Origin: Candidatus Saccharimonadota bacterium
GTDB lineage: Bacteria > Patescibacteriota > Saccharimonadia > Saccharimonadales > OFTM59
Length of the DNA stretch: 64,000 nt
Assembly (NCBI GenBank): GCA_029260875.1
Contig: JAJDCL010000008.1
Span: 2,546-66,545 of the forward strand
Direction: 5' to 3'
The stretch's first letter is position 1; each line of letters starts with the position of its first letter. Shown in pieces: positions 48,781 to 57,030 of this stretch. The notes beneath the pieces were generated by a model. It worked only from the letters and a program-made list of their open reading frames with translations, had not been told where the DNA came from and made no database searches. Position numbers and translations under genes: made by a program.

Positions 48781-49029
48781 TTAACTAACAGCTGGAGCTA
48801 GTTTAGCCAGGTTGTAGCCAACTACAACTTCTTGCGTGTCGTCTTGTTTCGTAACTACCGTGATTGGGACAGAAAGTTGGCCACTCAACGCGATAGCCTC
48901 TTGTTGGCGGATAGGGTCGGTGTCCAGATTTACTTCTTCGTAGGCATGACCTTTGGCGCTGAGCCACTTCTTAACCATTACGCAGTAACCGCAAGTGTTA
49001 GTAGTAAATATTGTGATGTTCTTTGGCAT
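48781..49029 (-). CDS. glutaredoxin/NrdH-like small redoxin
   Basis: 82 aa with a CGYC active site in a thioredoxin-fold context. Confidence 0.85.
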   Translation of the reverse strand: MPKNITIFTTNTCGYCVMVKKWLSAKGHAYEEVNLDTDPIRQQEAIALSGQLSVPITVVTKQDDTQEVVVGYNLAKLAPAVS

Positions 49030-49181
49030 TTTATACCCCCGTGTTTGGTTGTTTATAAAGTTATTGTTTTTATGGTGTCGCTTTTACTAGATACAGTATA
49101 GCTAGCGTAGCTCTGCATAGTCAATACGCTATATGTTGTGTTTTTTGCTGTATTTATCCCCTGATTAATCGCGAGGTCAGA

Positions 49182-49721
49182 CTACTGGACCGAGACAATT
49201 TCTATATCAAAAACCAAATCAGAGTTAGCTGGAATGCCTTCTTGACTTTGCGATCCATAAGCCTGGGCAGCAGGAATTAGCAGCCGTCTTTTGCCTCCCA
49301 CCTTCATACCCGGTACGCCGTCAGTCCAGCCCTTAATAACACCATCAAGACCGAACGGTATTGGCTGGCCAAAATCATGTGAACTTTGGAATATTGTTCC
49401 GTCCTTAGCTAATGCTCCTGTATAGTGAGCAGTTACTGTTGCTCCAGGCTGCACGACTTCGCCAACTCCCTCAACCAGATCAATCTTCTGTAGTTCTGTA
49501 ACCTGCTCTATGGGCGTAAAATCTTCTAGTTTAGTACCTTGTAGCATGTCTTTATTCTCCTCGTTCTGATTAATTGATTCTGTAACTTCGCTCTGCGTCA
49601 ACTCGCTGGTGTCCTGGCTTTGTTTGCGCATATCTAGTACAACAGCCACAGTAAAGGCTATCGATGTTCCTAGGAACAGTACTGCCAGCAACAGGACAAC
49701 GACCCGTTTGGGTTTAGACAT
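49182..49721 (-). CDS. membrane-anchored FKBP-type peptidyl-prolyl cis-trans isomerase
   Basis: 179 aa. N-terminal TM and an FKBP core (VTAHYTG.L..G..F.SS...G.P..F.L..VI.GW..G..GMKVGG.R.L.IP...AYG). AAGGAGG Shine-Dalgarno upstream. Confidence 0.9.
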   Translation of the reverse strand: MSKPKRVVVLLLAVLFLGTSIAFTVAVVLDMRKQSQDTSELTQSEVTESINQNEENKDMLQGTKLEDFTPIEQVTELQKIDLVEGVGEVVQPGATVTAHYTGALAKDGTIFQSSHDFGQPIPFGLDGVIKGWTDGVPGMKVGGKRRLLIPAAQAYGSQSQEGIPANSDLVFDIEIVSVQ

Positions 49722-49799
49722 ACACCCTCCTTAATTCATAGACTAGTATAGAGTCTGTTGGCTGTTGGTGACAAGCATTTTGTTGCTTAAGCCGTAAAC

Positions 49800-50504
49800 C
49801 TACTGCAGCACTCGTCTGATTAACGAAATCAGCTTCTTACGATTTTTGCCTTTAAAGCTGTGGTCAGCCTCAAGGATTGCAATAAAATCTACGTTCGGAT
49901 GATTGCTAAGATCACTATAATCCTCATCCGCCAACGCTTCGTCATTGCCAGCCGTCACTATCGTCAACCGCTGGTCATCAGCAAAGTCCAATAGCGTCCT
50001 GCCGGCATTGATTTGCTCAAACTCATCAATTAGCGATAATGGCACAATTGTTGTGCCGTCGCTGTCAGGTATAAGCCAGCGGTCTCCGTACTGCTTTGCG
50101 CCCGGCTTTGATGTGTAGTAGCTGCGCGTGTTTTCGCCAATTTGTAGAGGGGGCGCTAAAAGTATAAAGTATCCGTTAATCTTGGGCTTAGCTAGGGCAG
50201 TCACGACACACCCCATTGAATGTGCAATTATGTGCGTCTCAACTACACCTGGCTGTTGTTGAGTCCAGTGAACAATATCTGAAAGCCGTCTGGCCTGCTC
50301 AGTAAAATCCGAAAGGACAGTAGATCCGCCGTTATTGTCATTGTGGTCAAACAAAACGTGACCGAAGCCTTCTGGCAAATCTGCTACAAGCTCAGTAAAC
50401 AATCCACCGCCGTCCCTTGCTACCCCGAACCCATGGCTGAATACCACCATATTTGGTGCCAGCTTGTGTTCCATTTTTATGCCGTGCAGGGCTTCTGACT
50501 TCAT
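49800..50504 (-). CDS. alpha/beta-fold hydrolase
   Basis: 234 aa. Nucleophile elbow AHSMG and a late DH pair. 4-nt overlap with the pheT stop. Confidence 0.7.
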   Translation of the reverse strand: MKSEALHGIKMEHKLAPNMVVFSHGFGVARDGGGLFTELVADLPEGFGHVLFDHNDNNGGSTVLSDFTEQARRLSDIVHWTQQQPGVVETHIIAHSMGCVVTALAKPKINGYFILLAPPLQIGENTRSYYTSKPGAKQYGDRWLIPDSDGTTIVPLSLIDEFEQINAGRTLLDFADDQRLTIVTAGNDEALADEDYSDLSNHPNVDFIAILEADHSFKGKNRKKLISLIRRVLQ

Positions 50505-53038
50505 AATCTTGCTGCGCCAAATTTTTTCTTCGCAGCTTGAGCGGTTTCTTCAAGCAAACTATTCACCTCTTTATCGGTCAACGTACGCTCATAAGACACA
50601 ATACTTAATCGCAGCGTAATGTGTTTATGCTTGGTATCGCTTTCATTTTGGTAGATATCAACGGGCGTAATATCTGTAACCGTTTCTCTGGGTTTAATCT
50701 CATCAACGACTTTGTTGATATGGCTCAGCAGATCACTGTAGGCAAGGTCTGCAGGCACCTTAAGCGATATGTCTTGTTCAGTCTTTGGGAATTTAGAAAG
50801 CTCTTTATAAGTACTCTCTTTTGCCCTACTCCTAGCGATTGATATGGCCGAAATGTCCAACTCAAAACCGGCAGAATAATATGGCAGTTTTAGTGCCTTT
50901 TGTACGGCAGGCTTGAACTCGCCGATTATTCCTATAGTTACTTTTTTAGAATCCGATAAGCCTATTTTTACCGTCGCAGATCTGGTCGTATCATATGGAG
51001 AGGCTAGAGCATCAATCAGGTCGCCGCCTTCCGGCAGTCCGGGCGCCAATGAGTGCCGGCCGATACCTAACTTGTCAAACAGTAGAGTCAAATATCGCTG
51101 CGCCTCGTAATAGGCCGCACCAGTATACTTGGCTTTAGCCACTTTTTCGTCTGCCGTAAATACCACGGCTAGCCTGTCAAACTCCTTCGGCAGGCCTTCA
51201 TCATCCTTTTCAGCCCTGTTATGCACCGTGCCGATTTCATAGATTGCAAATTCGCCATAGCCGGCTTTGATGTTCGGGTGAACTTTGTCCAGCAGGCTCG
51301 GAGTCATGCTCAGCCTATAATATTGCAGGTCCGGGCTAAGCGCATTGCTTAGCTGAAATGCTTGTCCTTTGTTTTGGCCAGTTTTTTCAAGCAAGTTGCC
51401 GTGAACAAAACTATAAGTCAGTAGTTCGTTGGCGCCAGCTGAAGATAATGTAGAACGCATATTGTCTTTAAGCTCAATCATTGGGTTCTTAGGCGGAGGC
51501 GTAAGGTCGCGTTTAGGTAGTTCAAGCGGCAAGTTATCGTAGCCGTATAGCCGGCCTATCTCTTCTACCATATCTTCGCGAATTTCTATGTCTGTACGCC
51601 AAAACGGCGGTGTCACAACAAGCGTGGGTCCGTTAATCGCTACTTCAAACTCTACGTTTTCCAGCAAGTGAGCCATTTCTTTAACAGACAGTGTTAGGCC
51701 CAGACGCGCATTGATAAAATCATCAGTTACATGTACAGCAACAGCAGGGCGCAAGACGCCGTGGTTATCCGTATCTAAAACGAGTTGTTCTTCTGCGCCC
51801 GCTATGTCCTTGAGCAGTTCGATAGCGAACTTCATTACCCTGTCGTTTTGCAGCGGGCTTTGCCCTTTAGTAAAACGTGTAACGGCATCTGTGAAAAGGC
51901 CGTGTCGCATCGCCGTGCGACGTACCGCATACATGTCAAAATTAGCGCATTCTAGGATGATAGAGCGGGTGTTTTCGTCTACTTCTGTGTCTGTACCGCC
52001 CATTACGCCAGCTAAAGCTACGGCATTTTTATCTGTCGCAATCACTATATCTTGTTCGTCTAGCTCAATTTCTTTGCCAGACAAAAGCTTGAGCTTTTCT
52101 CCTTTTTTTGCCAGCCTTGGGCCGATAACGACCCCATCCGCACCCGAGGCAGCCTTTACTTTTTCGTAGTCAAAAGCATGAAGCGGCTGAGCTGTCAGGT
52201 ACATAACGTAGTTAGTTATATCGACAACATTATTTATTGGGCGAATACCTGTACGGCTTAACCAGCTCTGGAGCCAAATAGGACTTGGCTTAATTTCAAC
52301 ATCTGTAAGCACGGCTGCCATAAAGCGCGGTACTTGTTCTGGCCGTTCACCCATAAGCCTAAGTTGACCAACTTTTGGTTCGGCCGATAAAAACTTAGGT
52401 TTTTCTACATGCCAGTCTGGACTTTTGAATGGCCTATGCTGGATTCCGGCAATCTCGCGTGCTATGCCTAGTATACCGAACAGGTCAGGCCGGTGGGTAA
52501 ACATCTTGTTTTCTATATCAATAATATGGTCGTCAAGCTTATAAAGCTGCGCAAAATCATCACCTGGTTTTGCGCCACCACTGTCCAGCTCCAAAATTCC
52601 CGAATGATCGTCACTAAGCGCCAGTTCGCTGGCACTGGCTAACATGCCGTTACTTACAACACCGCGTATTTCCCGCGACTCAAGTACAAACGGGTCTTTG
52701 CCATAACTGCTCGGTACAGTTGCGCCGGGCGGCAGCCACGCTACAAGCATGCCGGCAGCCACATTTGGCGCGCCACAGACTACTTGTACATGCCCGTTTT
52801 TGTCCCTCTTGACATCAGGTGTAATACCACCATCGTCAATAGTGCAGACCTGTAGCTTGTCGGCGTTCGGGTGTGGCGCGCAGGATACGACTTTGGTGAT
52901 AACGATACCCTGATATTTCTTCTCTAGGTCAACGGTCTCTTCTACCGCACCAAGCTGTGCGCCTATTTTTCGAACGAGCTCATCCACCGGTATATTAACG
53001 GTCGTAAATTCTTTTATCCAGTTCAGACTAACTTTCAC
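50501..53038 (-). CDS. pheT: phenylalanine--tRNA ligase beta subunit
   Basis: 845 aa. tRNA-binding OB domain, B3/4, B5 and a C-terminal FDX-ACB domain. GTG start at 53038. Confidence 0.93.
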   Translation of the reverse strand: MKVSLNWIKEFTTVNIPVDELVRKIGAQLGAVEETVDLEKKYQGIVITKVVSCAPHPNADKLQVCTIDDGGITPDVKRDKNGHVQVVCGAPNVAAGMLVAWLPPGATVPSSYGKDPFVLESREIRGVVSNGMLASASELALSDDHSGILELDSGGAKPGDDFAQLYKLDDHIIDIENKMFTHRPDLFGILGIAREIAGIQHRPFKSPDWHVEKPKFLSAEPKVGQLRLMGERPEQVPRFMAAVLTDVEIKPSPIWLQSWLSRTGIRPINNVVDITNYVMYLTAQPLHAFDYEKVKAASGADGVVIGPRLAKKGEKLKLLSGKEIELDEQDIVIATDKNAVALAGVMGGTDTEVDENTRSIILECANFDMYAVRRTAMRHGLFTDAVTRFTKGQSPLQNDRVMKFAIELLKDIAGAEEQLVLDTDNHGVLRPAVAVHVTDDFINARLGLTLSVKEMAHLLENVEFEVAINGPTLVVTPPFWRTDIEIREDMVEEIGRLYGYDNLPLELPKRDLTPPPKNPMIELKDNMRSTLSSAGANELLTYSFVHGNLLEKTGQNKGQAFQLSNALSPDLQYYRLSMTPSLLDKVHPNIKAGYGEFAIYEIGTVHNRAEKDDEGLPKEFDRLAVVFTADEKVAKAKYTGAAYYEAQRYLTLLFDKLGIGRHSLAPGLPEGGDLIDALASPYDTTRSATVKIGLSDSKKVTIGIIGEFKPAVQKALKLPYYSAGFELDISAISIARSRAKESTYKELSKFPKTEQDISLKVPADLAYSDLLSHINKVVDEIKPRETVTDITPVDIYQNESDTKHKHITLRLSIVSYERTLTDKEVNSLLEETAQAAKKKFGAARL

Positions 53039-53459
53039 TTTTCCCTTTCAGTAGCGGCCAGGCATATGGCATCATTTCGGAAATCGGCACATCATGAGGG
53101 CCGTTCTCTTCGTCCATAATTATCATAATGTCTATGCCAGAATTCAGTCCGTTTTCATAAATTAACTGCTTGCAAATATGGCAGTTAGGCCCCACGATTG
53201 CGACTACATCCGTTTCACCGTGAATTGCCGCGTTAGCCAGTGCCGTTACCTCCGCATGCATGGTTAATGTATGCGTTTCAGACTTATAGGAAATGCCCTC
53301 ATAAATACTGCCAGAAACCGTCATCAGAGCAGTCGCGTAGCCATCATCAGAGATAGGGTATGTATTCACTATGACATTTTGCGCGCATACGATCAGGTCG
53401 GTTCTTTCTGCCGGATCAAGTTGGTAGCGCACACCTTTGCTTGTTTCTATCTTCTTCAT
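53028..53459 (-). CDS. cytidine/deoxycytidylate-deaminase-fold zinc protein encoded between pheS and pheT
   Basis: 143 aa. HAE motif (TMHAEVTAL) followed 23 residues later by C-x-x-C (GPNCHICKQL), the CDA-fold zinc site. ATGA overlap with the pheS stop and 11-nt overlap with the pheT start. Confidence 0.6.
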   Translation of the reverse strand: MKKIETSKGVRYQLDPAERTDLIVCAQNVIVNTYPISDDGYATALMTVSGSIYEGISYKSETHTLTMHAEVTALANAAIHGETDVVAIVGPNCHICKQLIYENGLNSGIDIMIIMDEENGPHDVPISEMMPYAWPLLKGKSES

Positions 53460-54490
53460 GCGAACTGCCTCAGAAAATCTAGTTTACCCGACATAAAATA
53501 TCGCACATCGTCAATGTTGTGCTTAATCATTACTAGCCTCTCAACGCCACCACCCCATGCAAAGCCCGTATAAATGGTCGGGTCTACTCCAGCCATCTTC
53601 AACACATTTGGATGAATCAATCCACAGCCCAAAATCTCAATCCAGCCTTCACCGCAAACCCGACAGCCCTGTTTGCTACAAAACGGGCAGCTGACTGCAA
53701 ACTCAAAACTCGGTTCAGTAAAGGGAAAGTAAAATGGTTGCGTCTTAATCTCAAGGCTTTTACCAAAGTACTCTTGAAGGAATGTTTTTAGTGTGGCCAG
53801 TAGTTGGCCCACATGCACGCCAGTACCTACGTATACCCCTTCGTGCTGATGAAATGTGTGCTCGTGCCGAGCATCTAGGTCTTCGTTACGAAATACACGA
53901 TCCGGGACCAGCACTGAGATAGCCTGACCAGTTGCAAGCCTATCCTTTCTGGCGCTAATAATTCTATTTTGCATTGTGCTGGTGTGTGCTGGAGCAATCA
54001 AACCTTCGGTCGTTATAAAGGTGTCATAATCATCTCGCGCCGGGTGCTCTTCTGGGAAGTTTAAGGACGTAAACATATGCCAGTCATCGTCAATTTGTCG
54101 GCTTTTCACAACTTCCATACCCATACGCATTGCTATGTCGCTAAGAATTTCAATCTCGCTTGTTATAGGGTGCTTACTACCTAGGTCACTAGCTAGTAAG
54201 CGCGGTCGTTTGTCTGGCTCGGTGTTTATATCAAATGGCGCTGTTACATCTATGGGTTCCAGTTTTTTATGGGGCTCATCGTCTTGGCCTGCCAATTCTA
54301 GAAGTTCAGCTTTAAGAGTGTTAATCTCTTTGCCAAATGCAGCCCGCTCTCCATCTGGCAGCATTGGTATACGCGCATAAAGTGCCTTAAGCTCATTATC
54401 TTTTATTATGTCGGACTTATTTTCAAGCTCATTCAGGCGCTTTTTAAGCACCTCAGCAGCTTTAGCAATCTCCGTATTCTGGTAACTCAT
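53456..54490 (-). CDS. pheS: phenylalanine--tRNA ligase alpha subunit
   Basis: 344 aa. Class II motifs 1-3 (HPITS..., FRNEDLDARHEHTFHQHEG, GFAWGGGVERL). Confidence 0.95.
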   Translation of the reverse strand: MSYQNTEIAKAAEVLKKRLNELENKSDIIKDNELKALYARIPMLPDGERAAFGKEINTLKAELLELAGQDDEPHKKLEPIDVTAPFDINTEPDKRPRLLASDLGSKHPITSEIEILSDIAMRMGMEVVKSRQIDDDWHMFTSLNFPEEHPARDDYDTFITTEGLIAPAHTSTMQNRIISARKDRLATGQAISVLVPDRVFRNEDLDARHEHTFHQHEGVYVGTGVHVGQLLATLKTFLQEYFGKSLEIKTQPFYFPFTEPSFEFAVSCPFCSKQGCRVCGEGWIEILGCGLIHPNVLKMAGVDPTIYTGFAWGGGVERLVMIKHNIDDVRYFMSGKLDFLRQFA

Positions 54491-54525
54491 AACTGGCGTT
54501 TAGTATACGCCAAACAGATAGGTTT

Positions 54526-55116
54526 TTACACCCCGCTACCAAATTTTTTGAAGTCAATAATATCTGAGTCACGCACCTGTTTAAGTGCTTTGGCGTATTC
54601 CACCAAAACTTTTAAGGAATAATCAGCTCTTTCGCGTACGCCGTCTACTACTATTTCGCCATTTACTAGCACTTCTTTAACCTTGCTAATACGCAAGCCT
54701 TCCGGTGAAACAACATAATGCGTGTTTTTAGCTCCTATAGCCTTAAGTTGAGCTATAGGATAGGCTCCGCCCATACCGTCGCTAACACCTACCAACATCA
54801 CTGGCTTGTGTGCCATCACGTGGTTTTTGGTTTTAGTGACATAATGAAACATATTGTGTAGCCCAACGCTAAACATACCATCCCATTCTGGCGACACGAC
54901 CACAAAACCGTCCGCACTCATCAGTTCGTTTTCAATCGGTCCCCAAATTTCTTGCCAAGGGCCATCCGTGCTGTCGTCATAAAGTGGTAGCCGGTGTTCG
55001 TTTAGGTCCACTATCTTCACCTCCATGGCATCATTAAGACGGCCGGCTAGGTAATCTGTCACCTTGCGGCTCTGTGAGTCTGAGCGGACGCTACCTGACA
55101 CAAACACTATCTTCAT
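54526..55116 (-). CDS. NAD(P)H-dependent FMN reductase-like flavoprotein
   Basis: 196 aa. Flavodoxin-like MKIVFVSGSVRSDSQSRKV N-terminus and a VVVSPEWDG motif. Confidence 0.7.
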   Translation of the reverse strand: MKIVFVSGSVRSDSQSRKVTDYLAGRLNDAMEVKIVDLNEHRLPLYDDSTDGPWQEIWGPIENELMSADGFVVVSPEWDGMFSVGLHNMFHYVTKTKNHVMAHKPVMLVGVSDGMGGAYPIAQLKAIGAKNTHYVVSPEGLRISKVKEVLVNGEIVVDGVRERADYSLKVLVEYAKALKQVRDSDIIDFKKFGSGV

Positions 55117-55139
55117 AATCTGTAGTATACAATAAGAAT
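55117..55139. promoter_or_regulatory. 23-bp divergent intergenic region with two face-to-face -10 boxes
   Basis: Plus-strand TACAAT at 55128-55133, 6 nt from ATG 55140. Minus-strand TATACT at 55129-55124, 7 nt from ATG 55116. The two boxes share the TA at 55128-55129. Confidence 0.45.
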
Positions 55140-55676
55140 ATGCCTACCATAGAACACCGTCCGCCTACACGCGCCAATATACCCCATAACGAACAAATTT
55201 TATTTCTTGCCGGGCCTATTAAGGGCGCTCAAGACTGGCAACGAGATTCCGTTAGCTATTTTACTCAGCTATACTCCGGAAACACCCCGCTTCATATTGC
55301 AAATCCGCGTAGAGACACAATTGGCGATAAATTTAATTATAGACAACAAACCCGCTGGGAAAAAGATCATTTATTTGATGCCGCCAAGTTCGGTGCGATT
55401 ATGTTTTGGTTTGCTAATCAAGATTTAAGCTTGCCTTATCAAGGGGGCCGCGCCTACGCACAAACTACTCGGATTGAGTTCGGTATTATATATTGCTTGC
55501 TGAGAATCGGGGAACAGCCTAATGTGGTAATGGGGATGGAGCCGGGGTATAAGGGCAGCGAAAAATATTACTTAGATACTGCGGATGAGTTGGGGCTTCC
55601 AGTTTATTCAACGCTAGAAGATGCGTGGAGCAAAACACTAGAAAAGATTATAATTAATGAAGCGAGGGCTAAGTAA
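55140..55676 (+). CDS. hypothetical protein, possible nucleoside 2-deoxyribosyltransferase-like Rossmann fold
   Basis: 178 aa. ILFLAGPIKGAQDWQ N-terminal strand-loop and a later TTRIEFG acidic motif reminiscent of NDT-like proteins. Weak assignment. Confidence 0.35.
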   Translation: MPTIEHRPPTRANIPHNEQILFLAGPIKGAQDWQRDSVSYFTQLYSGNTPLHIANPRRDTIGDKFNYRQQTRWEKDHLFDAAKFGAIMFWFANQDLSLPYQGGRAYAQTTRIEFGIIYCLLRIGEQPNVVMGMEPGYKGSEKYYLDTADELGLPVYSTLEDAWSKTLEKIIINEARAK

Positions 55677-56170
55677 TGGCTAATTTTTCTTTTGATGTGG
55701 TTAGTGAGTACGACAAGGCAGAGATGAACAACGTCTTTGACCAAGCGCAGCGCGAGATAGACAATCGCTACGATTTTAAAAACACGCCTGCAGCACTAGA
55801 ATGGCAAGATGATAAAAACGGTTTTAAAATTACCGGCAATAGCGACTTTCAGATTGACGCAATCCTAGACATTATTCGTAAGAAGTTGGCCGCCCGAGGT
55901 CAAAGCCAAAAGGTTTTAGACGTTTCTAAAGAAGCAATAACAAGCAATCTAAAGACAACCAAAGAAGTAGCTTTTAAACAAGGCTTGGACCAAGATAAAG
56001 CCAAAAACATTACTGCGCTACTCCGCGAAAAATTCCCGAAGGTCAAAGCACAAATTCAAGGCGACACCGTCCGCGTAGTGAGCGGTAGCAAAGACGACCT
56101 GCAGGGTGTTATGCAGTTATTGCGCGCCCAAGATTTTAATTTTCCTTTAAGTTTCACAAACTACCGCTAG
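55676..56170 (+). CDS. yajQ: YajQ-family nucleotide-binding protein (UPF0234)
   Basis: 164 aa. FDVVSEYDKAEMNNVFDQAQREIDNRYDFK signature. TAATG overlap with the upstream gene. Confidence 0.88.
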   Translation: MANFSFDVVSEYDKAEMNNVFDQAQREIDNRYDFKNTPAALEWQDDKNGFKITGNSDFQIDAILDIIRKKLAARGQSQKVLDVSKEAITSNLKTTKEVAFKQGLDQDKAKNITALLREKFPKVKAQIQGDTVRVVSGSKDDLQGVMQLLRAQDFNFPLSFTNYR

Positions 56171-56190
56171 CATTTTAATCTTTACGCTAT

Positions 56191-56964
56191 ATGGTTGAAT
56201 TCTCTGTCGCTACCGCTAATACTCAATCTGGCAACGCTCTAAGAAGTCCCAAAGCTCTTGAATCTATTGTCGGGACCGATGTGTGGCTATTACAAGAAGT
56301 TAACACTAAACGTGATATTGAATTTGAAAGCGTTATTCATACTGCAGGCATGAGAATTGCCGCCTGCGCTGATGAATTTGGACTCGCGATAGCAGTTCGT
56401 AAAAATATTGACGTCATAACAGATAATAAAATTGTATTACAGGAGCAACGCAGACCTTCACTGCCATGTGTTGACGAAGTTCGTTATAGAGCACGAGGAA
56501 TTCTACAAACAGAAGTTGTTATAGGGGGCATGGTTTGTACGCTTGCCACAGTACACCCTATTGTTCCGATAAAATTTTTATCACGCGCGTCACAATTAAA
56601 GAAAATACCTGAAGCTATAGATAGCATAAAAACTCCGCTTATTATGGGTGGTGATATGAACCACTTCCCACGCCCAAGACCGGCAGACGCAGTGATGCAA
56701 CATCAAGCGAACTTAAGCAGGGTTGATATTGGCAAGCAACCGACGTGGCATGCGATTAAGTCCAACCAGAAAGTAGCCGCATTCGTTTTGGAAGGCGTAG
56801 CCTATAACTGCGGAGTCAATTGGCGTTACGCAGCACAGCTTGACAGCATGTATTACCGAAATTTATCCGGAAAGATACATTGTACTGATTCCCGGGTAGT
56901 ACAAATAGATTCTGACCACGACGCAATAATCGCAAGCTTCCTTGTTTCTTGTGATAGAGATTAA
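56191..56964 (+). CDS. endonuclease/exonuclease/phosphatase (EEP) family protein
   Basis: 257 aa. LLQEV (catalytic Glu), GGDMN and a C-terminal SDHD motif. Confidence 0.7.
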   Translation: MVEFSVATANTQSGNALRSPKALESIVGTDVWLLQEVNTKRDIEFESVIHTAGMRIAACADEFGLAIAVRKNIDVITDNKIVLQEQRRPSLPCVDEVRYRARGILQTEVVIGGMVCTLATVHPIVPIKFLSRASQLKKIPEAIDSIKTPLIMGGDMNHFPRPRPADAVMQHQANLSRVDIGKQPTWHAIKSNQKVAAFVLEGVAYNCGVNWRYAAQLDSMYYRNLSGKIHCTDSRVVQIDSDHDAIIASFLVSCDRD

Positions 56965-56997
56965 TTGAATAATCGGGTCTACTTTCGCAACACATAT

Positions 56998-57013
56998 CAC
57001 ATGCAAGCATGTG
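56998..57013. promoter_or_regulatory. 16-bp palindrome CACATGC-AA-GCATGTG just upstream of a TATAAT box
   Basis: 7-bp perfect arms. TATAAT at 57017-57022 and ATG at 57031, 8 nt after the -10. Confidence 0.4.
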
Positions 57014-57030
57014 CGTTATAATGGTAATAA

